64,000 nt of DNA, taken from Methylobacter marinus A45 (GTDB taxonomy: Bacteria > Pseudomonadota > Gammaproteobacteria > Methylococcales > Methylomonadaceae). The notes under the pieces are model-generated. The model worked only from the letters and a program-made list of their open reading frames with translations, was not told the DNA's origin and made no database searches. Shown here piece by piece: positions 1 through 10,298 of the stretch. The stretch is taken from the NCBI RefSeq assembly GCF_000383855.1, contig NZ_KB912877.1:3328282-3392281 (forward strand), written 5' to 3'. The position numbers and the translations under genes were made by a program. Numbering within the stretch: the stretch's first letter is position 1; each line of letters starts with the position of its first letter.

Positions 1-56
1 CGGTTCAACGCTTCCCGATGCGGGCCCGGGTAAATAAACGGGGCTTTTGCGGCCAG

Positions 57-1616
57 CTACAGTTGGCGCATAAACGCGACCAGGTCCTGCTTCTCCTGGG
101 GCGCAAGTTTAAGCTGCAGCACGAGATTAAAAAACTCCACCGTATCTTCCAGCGTCAGAGCCCGGCCATCATGCAGATAGGGTGGGCTTTCCTTGATGCC
201 GCGTAAGGTAAAGGTCTTGATCGCGCCGTCGCCGGGCTCGTTCTTCAAAAAACGCTCAAGATGCAGATCGTGCATCTGGTGGTCCAGATAGGCCGGCGGC
301 ATATGGCAGCTGCTGCACTGGCCCTTGCCGAAGAAGATTTTCTCGCCCCGTAACTCGCTCTCGGTCGCTTTGGCGGGATCGAGCCGGCCGGTTGAAGGGT
401 CGAGCTTGGGCGCTGGAGGAAAATCGAGCATATTCTGCATCTGCGCCATGTGGCTGACATGAATGCGATCGAGGATCGGGAAGCCCTTTTTCATGGCGTG
501 GATTGGATCGCCGTTGAAGTAGGCGGTGCGGAACTCGAATTCGGTGAAGTCCTCGACCGAGCGCAGACTGCGCTTGGAACCGTGGATCTGCTGGTTGAAC
601 ATTCCCCGGAGGCTTGTGGTATCCAGCCGGAAGCGCCGTTCCTGTGGCCGATCGTCCGGATTCAGGTGGAATTGCCCGGTGGTATGGCCGTTGACATGGC
701 AATCGAAGCAGGTGACGCCGAGGCTGGGCTGGACGCTCTTGCGATCGTCGGTCGGATTGAATTCTTCCTGCGGAAACGGCGTCAGCAGAAACTGCAGCCC
801 GTTGAGCTGTACCGGCGTCAGGATATCCTTGAACAACCGATAGAAGTTATTGATCGAGACCACTTCCCCGCGCGATACATCGCCCAGTTCGGGACGGTTG
901 TGCAAGAAAATGGCGGGCGGAAACTCCGGAAGAAACGCCTCGGGCAGGTCAAACTCCACATCGAAGCGCTCGAGCCGCGGGAACATCTTGATCTGCATCT
1001 GGGGGAAAACCTGGCCGCCATTGGACTGCAACGGATGCGGCAGTGAAGGATAGGGAAAAATCCCGCGCTGTTTGACTTCTTCAGGGGCCAGCGACGCCAG
1101 CTCATCCCAGCTCATGCCGTCGGCCAGTTTGGCGGTAGGGCCTACTGCCAGGGGCTTGCCCCGGGACATCTTGGCTGCCGGGTCGAATTTTGGCTTGAGG
1201 TTATACCGTCGCTCCAGTAATTGACGCTGGGCCGACATCACGGAAGGCTTATTATCGATCTCCTTCTGCATGATGGCGGTAGGTTGCTGGAACGGTTCAT
1301 CGGCGTTCAGCGGATCCCTGTAAAAATCGAATCCCGAGACTTTGCCTTGCTTCGGTTGGTCCTCGAAGACCGGCGAGGAGGGACTGGCTTTGGTGGCATT
1401 GAAAACGTCCGAGCGGTCATGCTGGCTTTTCTTCTGCTCGGGCCGCTCGACAGGCACCGACTTCGGCGTTTGCGCCTCGGCTACTGCATCGGCGCGCGTG
1501 CGCTTCGGGGCATCATCCTGAGCCAGGGCCAGCGTGAACCAACCGCCTAGAAATACGCTTATGAATAGCTTGCTGAAATCGACAAAAGCCGCTTGCGGTG
1601 AACAGGTCGGTGCCAT
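57..1616 (-). CDS. Di-haem cytochrome c peroxidase family protein (CCP/MauG-like), secreted
   Basis: 519-aa ORF with a hydrophobic N-terminal signal-like segment and two CXXCH haem-binding motifs (CFDCH and CSSCH) spaced as in bacterial di-haem peroxidases. The ~150-aa low-complexity N-terminal extension is atypical. Confidence 0.65.
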   Translation of the reverse strand: MAPTCSPQAAFVDFSKLFISVFLGGWFTLALAQDDAPKRTRADAVAEAQTPKSVPVERPEQKKSQHDRSDVFNATKASPSSPVFEDQPKQGKVSGFDFYRDPLNADEPFQQPTAIMQKEIDNKPSVMSAQRQLLERRYNLKPKFDPAAKMSRGKPLAVGPTAKLADGMSWDELASLAPEEVKQRGIFPYPSLPHPLQSNGGQVFPQMQIKMFPRLERFDVEFDLPEAFLPEFPPAIFLHNRPELGDVSRGEVVSINNFYRLFKDILTPVQLNGLQFLLTPFPQEEFNPTDDRKSVQPSLGVTCFDCHVNGHTTGQFHLNPDDRPQERRFRLDTTSLRGMFNQQIHGSKRSLRSVEDFTEFEFRTAYFNGDPIHAMKKGFPILDRIHVSHMAQMQNMLDFPPAPKLDPSTGRLDPAKATESELRGEKIFFGKGQCSSCHMPPAYLDHQMHDLHLERFLKNEPGDGAIKTFTLRGIKESPPYLHDGRALTLEDTVEFFNLVLQLKLAPQEKQDLVAFMRQL

Positions 1617-3220
1617 ATTCGTCTCCTTGATACTATCGATTGTAGCGTTGAGAGGAGTAAGAGATTTAACGGGCTTTAAGAATTCGACACGACATTATAA
1701 CTGCCCTCAGGCATTGTCAAGCGCTCCTGGCGCAAAGCAGGCCAAAGTGAGTGAAAATGATCAGTTTTTCAGAAACCCAATGATTTTATAAGTAATTTTT
1801 AAGATGCATTGCCCACGAAGATGTGTTTAGTCCATGTAAATGATGTAACGCAGTTGCCGGTTTGAATTCACTCGTCGGGACAACCTCAGGCATCGACTCA
1901 ATTGGTAAGGACGGGAAACATAGCTATACTTAAAAAATTAACAGCGCCGCCTGGTCCTTTACCAGTTGGGGGCGAGAAAAAACTCATGGACATTTTGTGC
2001 TAAGGAATCCGGCAGATCGAGGTCAGGCGGTTTGCGCCGGGTGCGGTACTCGATATTTCGACGAGTCGGGCAAGAGGATGTCGTCGATAGAGCCGCGTAC
2101 GGGCATGTGGCCGGCGTCAGTTACCTTGACGGCCATGGGCATGATTTTCTGGGGAGTGCTGATCGTGTTCCTGTATAGCGCAGCCTTGATATCGGCTCAA
2201 GGTCAAAAAGATACAGCTCATACTCTAGAATGAAACGCTTTGAAGCACTATAATAATCAGCACATTATAATACTGTGCAACGTCTCTGCCGCAGTGGCTT
2301 TTATCTTACGGCGGGCCGGGAAACTATCCTGGGGGAGCAGGCGTCAGGCAGTGCGCAGTGCATGTATAATCCGGTCTCGATCGGCGGTGGGCGGGCGTTA
2401 TTTCATCAAAGCCAGTTCCAAGCCATTGCCGATTATCCGCAAGATGGCCCGAAATTGATTCAGGGTTAAGGATACGGCCATTCCGAACAATGGAGAGAAA
2501 AATATAATGGAGAGAGAATCCCCAATCCCACACCCCTGTATAAAGCGGGACGAAGGCCGGCTTGCGCTCATTGCAGCCTGGCGACGCCGCCAGAGGGGGC
2601 GAATAAACGCGCTAATGTCCGGTTCCAATGTTGCTGGAATTCACCTGAAGGCCGGGGCCAGTCGCCATGATTGGCCGCACAAGCTCACAACCTGGCTGGC
2701 GATCAAGAGCCACCGTCTCGACAAAAAACCATTAATAATTGAGAAGCCCGGCCATTGGCTTGCAAGGCCGGTTTAGGACGGATTTTTTATGCGAATCGAC
2801 AAGCATTGTCCGTCAAACAAGCACGGTTCAGTTTGTGAACATATCTTATGCACGCGTTCACGGACTTGCACGGCATGCAGAGTTAAGCCTTGTTGCGGCG
2901 CGCATGCCATAAGAAACATCCTGAACACGGACTGGCGATACTTACAGGAGTCGTTAGAGAGCTAAAAAAAAGAGGAATCGGACCAAGGCCTTTATGGCCA
3001 GCCAAAGCACACCCATGAAACAGGAACTTGACAGATGACAATCAGGAATTTCCAGCCTTCTGGCTGGGGAGGTCGTTAACAGCCGTTAAATGACCTATAT
3101 GCCTCTCTGTTGCCGCCGTGAACTATAACACTACAGCTACAGTCGGGCCGGAAATATAAATAAAGTGCAGAGCCGAATATTTTTGGGGAATCTTCAAATT
3201 TTCAGCAAAGTTACACAAAA

Positions 3221-3392
3221 TCAGGACTTACGCAAACCTGTGGGGACGACTTCGCCTAAAGCGCCTATTGTTGGCAGTCGCCTCTTGGGTCTGCAATGGG
3301 CGACTACCCTAAAGGGCATAAATAAAGTCGCCCCCACAGGTTTTAGATCCGCTTGCTTCGACGGTTGAACAAGCAAACTGCGTGAGTCCTGA
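3221..3392. repeat. MITE-like palindromic repeat, copy 1 (terminal inverted repeats caggacNtacgca...tgcgtNagtcctg; internal palindrome cctgtgggg...ccccacagg)
   Basis: Direct sequence match to 30217-30314 (cgcaaRcctgtgggg ... cccccacaggttttaRaYccgcttgYttcgRcgg.tgaacaRgcaaactgcgtRagtcctg). This copy carries ~75 extra internal bp and lies in the promoter region of the 3477 gene. Confidence 0.7.
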
Positions 3393-3476
3393 AAATTTAA
3401 GTTACAAAAAATCCTGTCTCGCCAGGATTTATTATTAAGGTGAGCCAATCGCCAATACCTAAGGGAGCCATTAAAA

Positions 3477-5501
3477 ATGATTTTTACAAGGAAAACACCT
3501 CCTTCCGCCGCCTGTTTTCTACGGACTGCAACGCCGAAGTATTTTTTTCTGTCCTTGTTTTTTACCTTGCTGATCGGCTGCCAGGTCGACCCCCCCGTTA
3601 TTGATCTCAATCATTCCAAGGTGATAGGCCCACCGCCGCCGGATATCCATACGCTGTTCGTGGTCGATTGTTTACTGCCGGCATATGTCCGCAGACTCGG
3701 CACACAGGTGACCGACGCCTTGAGCCGCCGTCCCGTCAAAACCACAGCAGGCGAATGCGAAAATCATGGCGGCGAATATGTGGCTTATGATCGCGCCGAT
3801 GTTGAATCGGCTTTAAAAGTGTGGGAGGCACAGGCGCAATCGGGGGATGCCGAGGCTCAGGCGGTACTGGGCGAGATTTACGAAAAAGGCCTGGGAGGGA
3901 CGGCCGACCCCGCGCTCGCGGCCCAATGGTATTTAAAAGCGGCTAAGCAGGGGAATTCCAGGGCTCAGGTTAACCTCGGCCATCTTTACGAACAAGGACT
4001 GGGCGTAAGGAAAAGCCTTCGCACTGCATTGAAATGGTATCGCCAGGCATCAGGGCTTGCGAATTCGGGCCTGCGGTATGCATCGGTGACCGAAGCGACC
4101 GTGTCCGATACCCCTAAAAAGCAACGGCGGCACAAGATTGGAAATGGCGCGTCTGATTCCGGCCATCTGCAACAGATGGCGCAATCCAGGCAAAAACTGG
4201 AACAGATGCAAGCACGGCTGAAAGCGCTGGAGTCGGAATACCACGACACATTTGCCCGCATCAAGAAGGACATGAGCGGCATTGAAAGCAAGGCGCCGCA
4301 AACTGACAAACTCAAACAGGATAAGGCCGAGCTATTGGTCCAGGCGCAGCAGATCAAGGAATTGAAAGAGTCGATCGAACAAGAACGGCGGACCCTCGCA
4401 AGCCTTGAAAACGCTCCGCTCATTGATATTAGCGACCCGTCGTTGACGCTGATTAGCGGCGAGCCCGGCTATCAGTTAAAGACTGACGTCCGCAGTAAAA
4501 AAGTTGCCGGCAAGATCGCGGCTGTCGGCAATTTGAAAACGCTGCGCATCAATAACCAAGTGATACCGGTCGGCGACGACGGCTCATTCCTTTCCCGTAT
4601 CGCGCTTGCAAGCGCCTTGACGCCGGTCAGGATCGAGACGACCGATAAACAGGGCAAACGCTACTTCAGAACTTTTAATTTGCTGGCTAAAAATCAGGAC
4701 ATGGCCGCCGATGAACCAGCCTTGCCTGTCAAGACCCGTTCAGAATCCTACCCGTCCGTCGATTTCGGCCAGTTTTATGCGCTGATCATCGGCAATAATG
4801 ACTATGAGCAACTGCCGGCGCTGGCAACGTCGGTAAATGACGCGAAAGCGGTCGACGACATGCTGCGGACGCGTTACGGCTATAAAACCACGCTGCTGAT
4901 TAACGCCAACCGGCGTCGGATCATGGCGGCTTTTGATGAATTGAGCCAAACGCTGACCAAAAAGGATAATCTGCTGATTTATTACGCCGGTCACGGCAAG
5001 ATCGATGTGAACGATCAAAGCGCCTACTGGCTGCCCGCCGATGCGGAAACGGGCAATAGCGCCACTTGGCTGTCCAGTCATCATATTTCCCAGTATTTGG
5101 GCGCGTTTCCGGCCAGGCATATCCTGGTCGTCGCTGATTCATGTTATTCCGATCTCATGAGTAAAAGGTCAATCGTGCGCCTGCCGGAAGGCATGTCCGA
5201 AAAAAGACGCGAGAAATGGATGGAATTCATGAATAATCGAAAAGCCAGAACCATCATCACTTCAGGGGGGGACAAACCGGTCCCGGATGCGGACAGCGGC
5301 CATTCAGTATTCGCCAATGCCTTTCTTAAAACATTGGAAGCCAATAACGGTTTGCTCAAGGACTATGAGCTGTTCAGATTCGTCTCCGGCATAGTCAAGC
5401 AAGCCGGGTCACAAGCCGATCAACAACAAAGTCCGCATTATTCAGCCTTGCAGTACGCCGGACACGAAAGCAGTCCATTCTTTTTCGTACCGGAGGGTTG
5501 A
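3477..5501 (+). CDS. Lipoprotein with Sel1/TPR-like repeats and C-terminal caspase-like (peptidase C14) domain
   Basis: AAGGGA RBS-like motif upstream of the ATG; lipobox LLIGC. Sel1 repeats are visible (AQAVLGEIYEKGLG..., AQVNLGHLYEQGLG..., LKWYRQA). The C-terminal region carries the caspase His/Cys dyad contexts YYAGHGK and VVADSCYS after YALIIGNNDY. Confidence 0.7.
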   Translation: MIFTRKTPPSAACFLRTATPKYFFLSLFFTLLIGCQVDPPVIDLNHSKVIGPPPPDIHTLFVVDCLLPAYVRRLGTQVTDALSRRPVKTTAGECENHGGEYVAYDRADVESALKVWEAQAQSGDAEAQAVLGEIYEKGLGGTADPALAAQWYLKAAKQGNSRAQVNLGHLYEQGLGVRKSLRTALKWYRQASGLANSGLRYASVTEATVSDTPKKQRRHKIGNGASDSGHLQQMAQSRQKLEQMQARLKALESEYHDTFARIKKDMSGIESKAPQTDKLKQDKAELLVQAQQIKELKESIEQERRTLASLENAPLIDISDPSLTLISGEPGYQLKTDVRSKKVAGKIAAVGNLKTLRINNQVIPVGDDGSFLSRIALASALTPVRIETTDKQGKRYFRTFNLLAKNQDMAADEPALPVKTRSESYPSVDFGQFYALIIGNNDYEQLPALATSVNDAKAVDDMLRTRYGYKTTLLINANRRRIMAAFDELSQTLTKKDNLLIYYAGHGKIDVNDQSAYWLPADAETGNSATWLSSHHISQYLGAFPARHILVVADSCYSDLMSKRSIVRLPEGMSEKRREKWMEFMNNRKARTIITSGGDKPVPDADSGHSVFANAFLKTLEANNGLLKDYELFRFVSGIVKQAGSQADQQQSPHYSALQYAGHESSPFFFVPEG

Positions 5502-5562
5502 GCAGATATGCATTATTTGAAAAGTAAACAACTTTTTCGTTTGGTTTAGGGATACAGGCACA

Positions 5563-7167
5563 ATGAATGCAGATGATTTAGCTTATGACGCCACACAAAT
5601 CGCGCCTGCCGGAACAGGCCGCGGACCATCCGGCGCGTCAGGCGCATCAAAGCATGCGCTTGAGCGGGATGATGATGCGACGGTTCTGACGCAACCGGTA
5701 AAAAAGACGGCTGCGGCCGATAATGAGGCTGCAGCAGTCACCACGGCCACTTACAGAGAGATTCACAAGGAAGAAAAATTCAAACTGTTAAAAGTGGGTT
5801 CGATACTGAACAATCGCTTCGTGCTCAAGGAGGTGCTAGGCAGCGGCGGCATGGGTACCGTGTTCAGGGCGACCGATCTGCGCCGCCAGGAAGCGCAGGA
5901 CCAGCAGACCGATGTCGCGTTGAAAGTGTTGAACGAGGAATTCAGGGATAATCCCGAACTGTTCGTTGCACTCCAGCGCGAAACGAAAAAATCGCAGATG
6001 CTGGCCCATCCGAATATTGTCAACGTTTACGATTTCGATCGTGACGGTAGCAATATTTTTATGGTCATGGAGATTCTGGAAGGACAATCGCTTTCTCAAT
6101 ACATACACGAAATCGCCCCCCAGGGCGGCATTCCGTTCGATAAAGCCTGGCCTATTATCGAAAAGTTGGCATCGGTGTTGGGTTATGCGCATAAAAAGAA
6201 CATCATCCATTCGGATTTCAAACCCTGCAACATCTTCATCACCGACAGCGGCGAAATCAAGGTGCTGGATTTCGGTATCGCCTGTGCATCGGTAAGATCG
6301 GACCGGCACAGTCACGACAAGACGGTTTTCAATGCCCGCGACCTGGGTGCATTGACGCCGGCTTACGCCAGCCTGGAAATGTTTGAAAACCGCGAGCCCG
6401 ATCCGCGCGACGATATTTACGCGTTGGCTTGTATCAGCTACGAATTGCTGGCCGGCAAACACCCTTTCGCCAAACTGTCCGCCCAGAAAGCGCTGGAAGT
6501 CAATCTGCAGCCGCCGGCGATTTCGGGGCTGAAACGCAGGCAATTTAATGCCTTAGCGCATGCCCTGGAGCTGAAAAGAGAGCATAGAACCGTTTCCATC
6601 ACGCAATTCCTTGAGGAAATAGAGCCTAAATCGCCCTGGCCGAATATTATCAGAACGGCAAGGATTGCGGCGTTTGTCGCGGTTGCGGGAGGGTCTGTCT
6701 ATGTTTATCAGAGTAGGGATACGGAGCCGGCAGTGATGGAACAGCTCCCGGAGCCGGCGGTGGCGGAGCAACTCCCGGAGCCCATAGTGGCCGAAGCAGG
6801 CCCGATGACCGAGGCGGTTGAGTTGCCCCCGGAGCCTGAAGTCGTTGAACTGACGCCGGAGCAGCAGCTTCAGGTTAAAAATCTGCTCGAACTGGCGCAA
6901 ATTCATTTTGAAGTCGGCTACGTTACCGCGCCTTCAGGCAGCAATGCCTTATGGACTTATCGTCAGGCGCTGTCCATCGATCCCGATAACCAGGAAGCAC
7001 AGCAGGGGCTGGAGAAGATCGCTGACTGGATGGAAGAACAGGCGATCACGCTATTCGATCAGCAAAAGTTTGATGAAAGCCTGGCAAAAGTTGAAGAGGG
7101 GTTGGCGGTGCTGCCTGAAAAAGACAGCCTGCTGACGTTGAAGCAGCAGATATTGAAAATGAGGTGA
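5563..7167 (+). CDS. Ser/Thr protein kinase (Hanks-type) with C-terminal TPR-like region
   Basis: Gly-rich loop LGSGGMGTVF, VAIK-type lysine motif (ALKVL), catalytic loop HSDFKPCNIF, DFG motif (LDFGIA) and APE-like ASLEM. The C-terminal ~150 aa read as a TPR-like helical repeat. Confidence 0.8.
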   Translation: MNADDLAYDATQIAPAGTGRGPSGASGASKHALERDDDATVLTQPVKKTAAADNEAAAVTTATYREIHKEEKFKLLKVGSILNNRFVLKEVLGSGGMGTVFRATDLRRQEAQDQQTDVALKVLNEEFRDNPELFVALQRETKKSQMLAHPNIVNVYDFDRDGSNIFMVMEILEGQSLSQYIHEIAPQGGIPFDKAWPIIEKLASVLGYAHKKNIIHSDFKPCNIFITDSGEIKVLDFGIACASVRSDRHSHDKTVFNARDLGALTPAYASLEMFENREPDPRDDIYALACISYELLAGKHPFAKLSAQKALEVNLQPPAISGLKRRQFNALAHALELKREHRTVSITQFLEEIEPKSPWPNIIRTARIAAFVAVAGGSVYVYQSRDTEPAVMEQLPEPAVAEQLPEPIVAEAGPMTEAVELPPEPEVVELTPEQQLQVKNLLELAQIHFEVGYVTAPSGSNALWTYRQALSIDPDNQEAQQGLEKIADWMEEQAITLFDQQKFDESLAKVEEGLAVLPEKDSLLTLKQQILKMR

Positions 7168-7297
7168 CAGGCATGCCTTTGCAAACTCCCGGAAAATGCC
7201 CGTATGAGGGTGACAAGCGGGTTAATTGGCCTGCGCGAATCACCTGCGAACAACGCCTTGTAACGTTAGTAGTCAGTCAATTTAATTATGACGGTTA

Positions 7298-7360
7298 AAT
7301 TGTAGGTGCGAATTTATTTATGCCCTATGGGTACTTGTGCCCTTTAGGGTATTCGCACTC
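7298..7360. repeat. Left copy of ~45-bp direct repeat (aattgtaggtgcgaattNatttatgccctatgggtNNttgtgccc) with internal hairpin gtgcgaat/attcgcac
   Basis: Near-identical sequence recurs at 13986-14028; the two copies bracket the VgrG cargo island. The left copy extends into an imperfect palindrome. Confidence 0.7.
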
Positions 7361-7561
7361 TGAAAATTTTATTCGTCAGAACAAGGCTGACTGAGCACTA
7401 TGCTCCCTGGCGTTCCGTGACGGTGGCGGAGCAGGGAAGACGCAAAGTACGCTAAATCGGTTGCATTAACTTTTGGCAGCTTTTTAATATTTACCTCATT
7501 CAGAGAAAGGTATTGCCGATGCAAGGTGTATCGGACGCTTATGCCTGACGCTCAGTGTTGA

Positions 7562-9688
7562 ATGAACTTTAGTTCCAGGAAACAAAACATGGCAGTTACA
7601 CAAAAAAACCGCAAGATCCAGGTATTTACTGCATCGCTAGCCGAAGATACCCTGTTGTTTTACCAAATGCTCGGCCGGGAGGGATTGAGCGAGCCGTTCG
7701 AGTACCGTCTTGAACTGGTGAGCGAAGATCGGGCCATCGATCCCGACAATTTACTGGGTGAAATGATCACCACCCGGATACAGTTGGAAGACGGCAGTTG
7801 GCGTTACTTCAATGGCTATGTCAGCCGGTTTGGCCAATACGGCGATCTCAATGTCTTTGCCCGTTATCTGGTCACAGTCCGGCCATGGCTATGGTTTCTC
7901 ACCCGCACCTCCAACTGTCGGATATTCCAGAATCAATCCGTCCCCGACATCATCAAGCAGGTTTTTCATGAGCATGGTTTCAGCGACTTCAAGGAAAAGC
8001 TGAGCGGTAGTTATGCCAGCCGCGAATATTGTGTGCAGTACCGCGAGACGGACTTCAACTTTGTCAGTCGGTTGATGGAAGAAGAGGGGATTTACTATTA
8101 CTTCACCCATGAAAAAGACAAGCATTACCTGGTGTTAGCCGACTCCAGCAATGCCCACGACCCGTTTCCCGGCTATGAGAACATCCCCTATCATGTCGAA
8201 AGCGGCAAAACGGACCGTTCCCGCAAGGATCATATTCACGCCTGGGCATTTACGCACGAAGTCCAGCCGGGTGCCTATGAACTTACCGATTACGATTTCA
8301 AGAAGCCTAAAGCCAATCTGCGAGTCAAATCGGTGCTCAAGGAACCCCACGCCCGAGCCGAGTATGAATTCTTCGATTACCCCGGCCGCTATACCGAAAC
8401 CAGTGCCGGCGATAATTTTGTTCGCCTGCGCATCGAGGAACAGCATGCCCGTTTCGAACGTTGCGAGGGCAAATGCAATGCCCGTGGCCTGGCCGTCGGT
8501 TACCGGTTCAAGCTGCAGGAATGCCCGCGCAAGGACCAGAACCGTGAATACCTGGTGATTTCGGCTGATTACCATCTGCTGCTGGACGAATACGCTTCCG
8601 GTTCCAGTGTCGCCGGCGAAGAGAAACTCTTTGATTGCGGCTTTACCGTTCAGGATAACAAACGGCCTTTCCGCTCCCCGCGCGGCACGCCCAAGCCTTT
8701 TGTTCATGGCGCGCAGACCGCTGTAGTGGTGGGGCCCGCCGGCGAGGAAATCTATACCGACAAATATGGCCGGGTTAAAGTGCAGTTTCACTGGGACCGC
8801 TATGGCAAAGCCGATGAAAACAGCTCCTGCTGGGTGCGGGTTTCGCAGCCGTGGGCGGGGAAAAACTGGGGCATGATCGCTCTGCCTCGCATCGGCCAGG
8901 AAGTGCTCGTCGATTTTCTGGAAGGCGATCCCGACCAACCCATCATTAGCGGTCGGGTTTACAATGATGGCGCGATGCCGCCGTATAAACTGCCCGATAA
9001 TGCCCACATCAGCACGATCAAGACCAACTCCACCAAGGGCGGCGACGGATTCAACGAACTGCGCTTCGACGATAAAAAAGGCGAGGAGCAGGTATTTATC
9101 CATGCCGAGCGGAATCTGGATGTCCGCGTTAAAAACGATAGCCTGGAATGGGTCGGCAACGACCGGCATTCAATCGTTAAAAAAGACCTGATGGAACAAA
9201 TCGACGGTGATCGGCACTCAACGGTCAAGGGCGACAGCAACGCCGCGGTCACCGGCACCATTTCCATCAAGGCCGACCAGGACATGCAGGAAAAAGTGGG
9301 CATGAAGCACGCGCTCGATGCCGGCCAGGAAATCCATTTAAAAGCCGGCATGAACGTCGTCATCGAAGCCGGCATGAGCATTACCCTGAAAGCCGGCGGC
9401 GGCTTCATCGTCGTCGGGCCTTCGGGGGTGACGATCTCCGGTACGCCGGTGCTGATCAACAGCGGCGGGTCGGCCGGTTCAGGTTCAGGCAGTTCCCCGG
9501 ATGTGCCTAAATTGCCCAAGGAAGCGGACCAGGACAAAGCCGGTCAGGTCGACGACGTCAAAGCCGCCTCGCGGCCGCCCAAACCGGTCACTTACGGCCC
9601 CTCCGCCATGGTCTTGAAGACGGCGGCGCAAAATGGCGCCCCGTATTGCGAAAAGTGCGCAGCCGCTGCCAGCGCCAATAAATCCTGA
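7562..9688 (+). CDS. vgrG: Type VI secretion system tip/spike protein VgrG
   Basis: 708-aa ORF with canonical VgrG gp27/gp5-like blocks: FTVQDNKRPFRSPRGTPKPFVHGAQTAVVVGPAGEEIYTDKYGRVKVQFHWDR and SCWVRVSQPWAGKNWGMIALPRIGQEVLVDFLEGDPDQPIISGRVYN. The C-terminal beta-helix has repeated GxxVxIxA segments. An alternative start lies at 7589 (MAVTQ). Confidence 0.9.
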   Translation: MNFSSRKQNMAVTQKNRKIQVFTASLAEDTLLFYQMLGREGLSEPFEYRLELVSEDRAIDPDNLLGEMITTRIQLEDGSWRYFNGYVSRFGQYGDLNVFARYLVTVRPWLWFLTRTSNCRIFQNQSVPDIIKQVFHEHGFSDFKEKLSGSYASREYCVQYRETDFNFVSRLMEEEGIYYYFTHEKDKHYLVLADSSNAHDPFPGYENIPYHVESGKTDRSRKDHIHAWAFTHEVQPGAYELTDYDFKKPKANLRVKSVLKEPHARAEYEFFDYPGRYTETSAGDNFVRLRIEEQHARFERCEGKCNARGLAVGYRFKLQECPRKDQNREYLVISADYHLLLDEYASGSSVAGEEKLFDCGFTVQDNKRPFRSPRGTPKPFVHGAQTAVVVGPAGEEIYTDKYGRVKVQFHWDRYGKADENSSCWVRVSQPWAGKNWGMIALPRIGQEVLVDFLEGDPDQPIISGRVYNDGAMPPYKLPDNAHISTIKTNSTKGGDGFNELRFDDKKGEEQVFIHAERNLDVRVKNDSLEWVGNDRHSIVKKDLMEQIDGDRHSTVKGDSNAAVTGTISIKADQDMQEKVGMKHALDAGQEIHLKAGMNVVIEAGMSITLKAGGGFIVVGPSGVTISGTPVLINSGGSAGSGSGSSPDVPKLPKEADQDKAGQVDDVKAASRPPKPVTYGPSAMVLKTAAQNGAPYCEKCAAAASANKS

Positions 9689-9699
9689 GGTTTCCGGGC

Positions 9700-10242
9700 A
9701 TGACTATCAAATCCGACAGAACGGAAATATTACAGAAAAACCTGGTTCGCCAGTTGTTTTCCAGCCCCGGTCTGCAAGCCTACGCGGTCCTGGACGGCGC
9801 ATCCAATCCGGCGTTGCTGGATCATCTGTATGGCGACCGGCCCGAATTCGCCTGCCTGTACCGTGGCGAACTGGCCCCGGATATCGCCGAATGCGCGCCT
9901 TATCTGGCCCGCCTGGAACCGGACACGCCGTTTACCGAATGGCTTACGGCCAGGGGGTGGGGCAGGCATTGGGGCATATTCGCGGTCGCCGGCTGCGACT
10001 TTCGCACCCTGCACCGGCATTTGCGCAAGCTGAATATGGTCTATGACGCGGAAAGCCATAAATCCCTGTTGTTCCGCTATTACGATCCGCGCGTGCTGAG
10101 CGCTTTCCTGCCGAGCTGCGATGCCGCGCAGGCTGAGGCGTTCTTCGGGCCGGTCAAAACCTGGTTCGCCGAAACAGACGATGGCGAGCGTCTGGCCCGC
10201 TTTTTTTTGGATCAGATGCAAGTTATAGTCGATAAGGCCTGA
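9700..10242 (+). CDS. DUF4123-family T6SS effector adaptor/chaperone (Tap/Tec-like)
   Basis: 180-aa ORF immediately downstream of vgrG with the DUF4123 pattern (YAVLDGA..., LY...FACLYRGEL...ECAPYLA, LFRYYDPRVL). The position between vgrG and PAAR/effector is typical. Confidence 0.7.
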   Translation: MTIKSDRTEILQKNLVRQLFSSPGLQAYAVLDGASNPALLDHLYGDRPEFACLYRGELAPDIAECAPYLARLEPDTPFTEWLTARGWGRHWGIFAVAGCDFRTLHRHLRKLNMVYDAESHKSLLFRYYDPRVLSAFLPSCDAAQAEAFFGPVKTWFAETDDGERLARFFLDQMQVIVDKA

Positions 10243-10298
10243 GGATGTGAGGTCCATCGCGGACCTTCAAAATTTCAATTAATCATAAAGGAGTGTCT

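Noticed and set aside
1617-3476. AT-richer 1.9-kb non-coding stretch with several 60-90-aa ORFs (1966-2178, 2240-2458, 2507-2776)
   Set aside because: No RBS-supported starts or recognisable motifs, and frames overlap each other. More likely an intergenic/promoter region containing the MITE at 3221. Kept as unannotated.
5836-6543. 235-aa minus-strand ORF
   Set aside because: Antisense to the Ser/Thr kinase gene.
8135-9169. 344-aa minus-strand ORF and other overlapping frames inside vgrG
   Set aside because: Antisense or overlapping the VgrG coding region; no supporting motifs.
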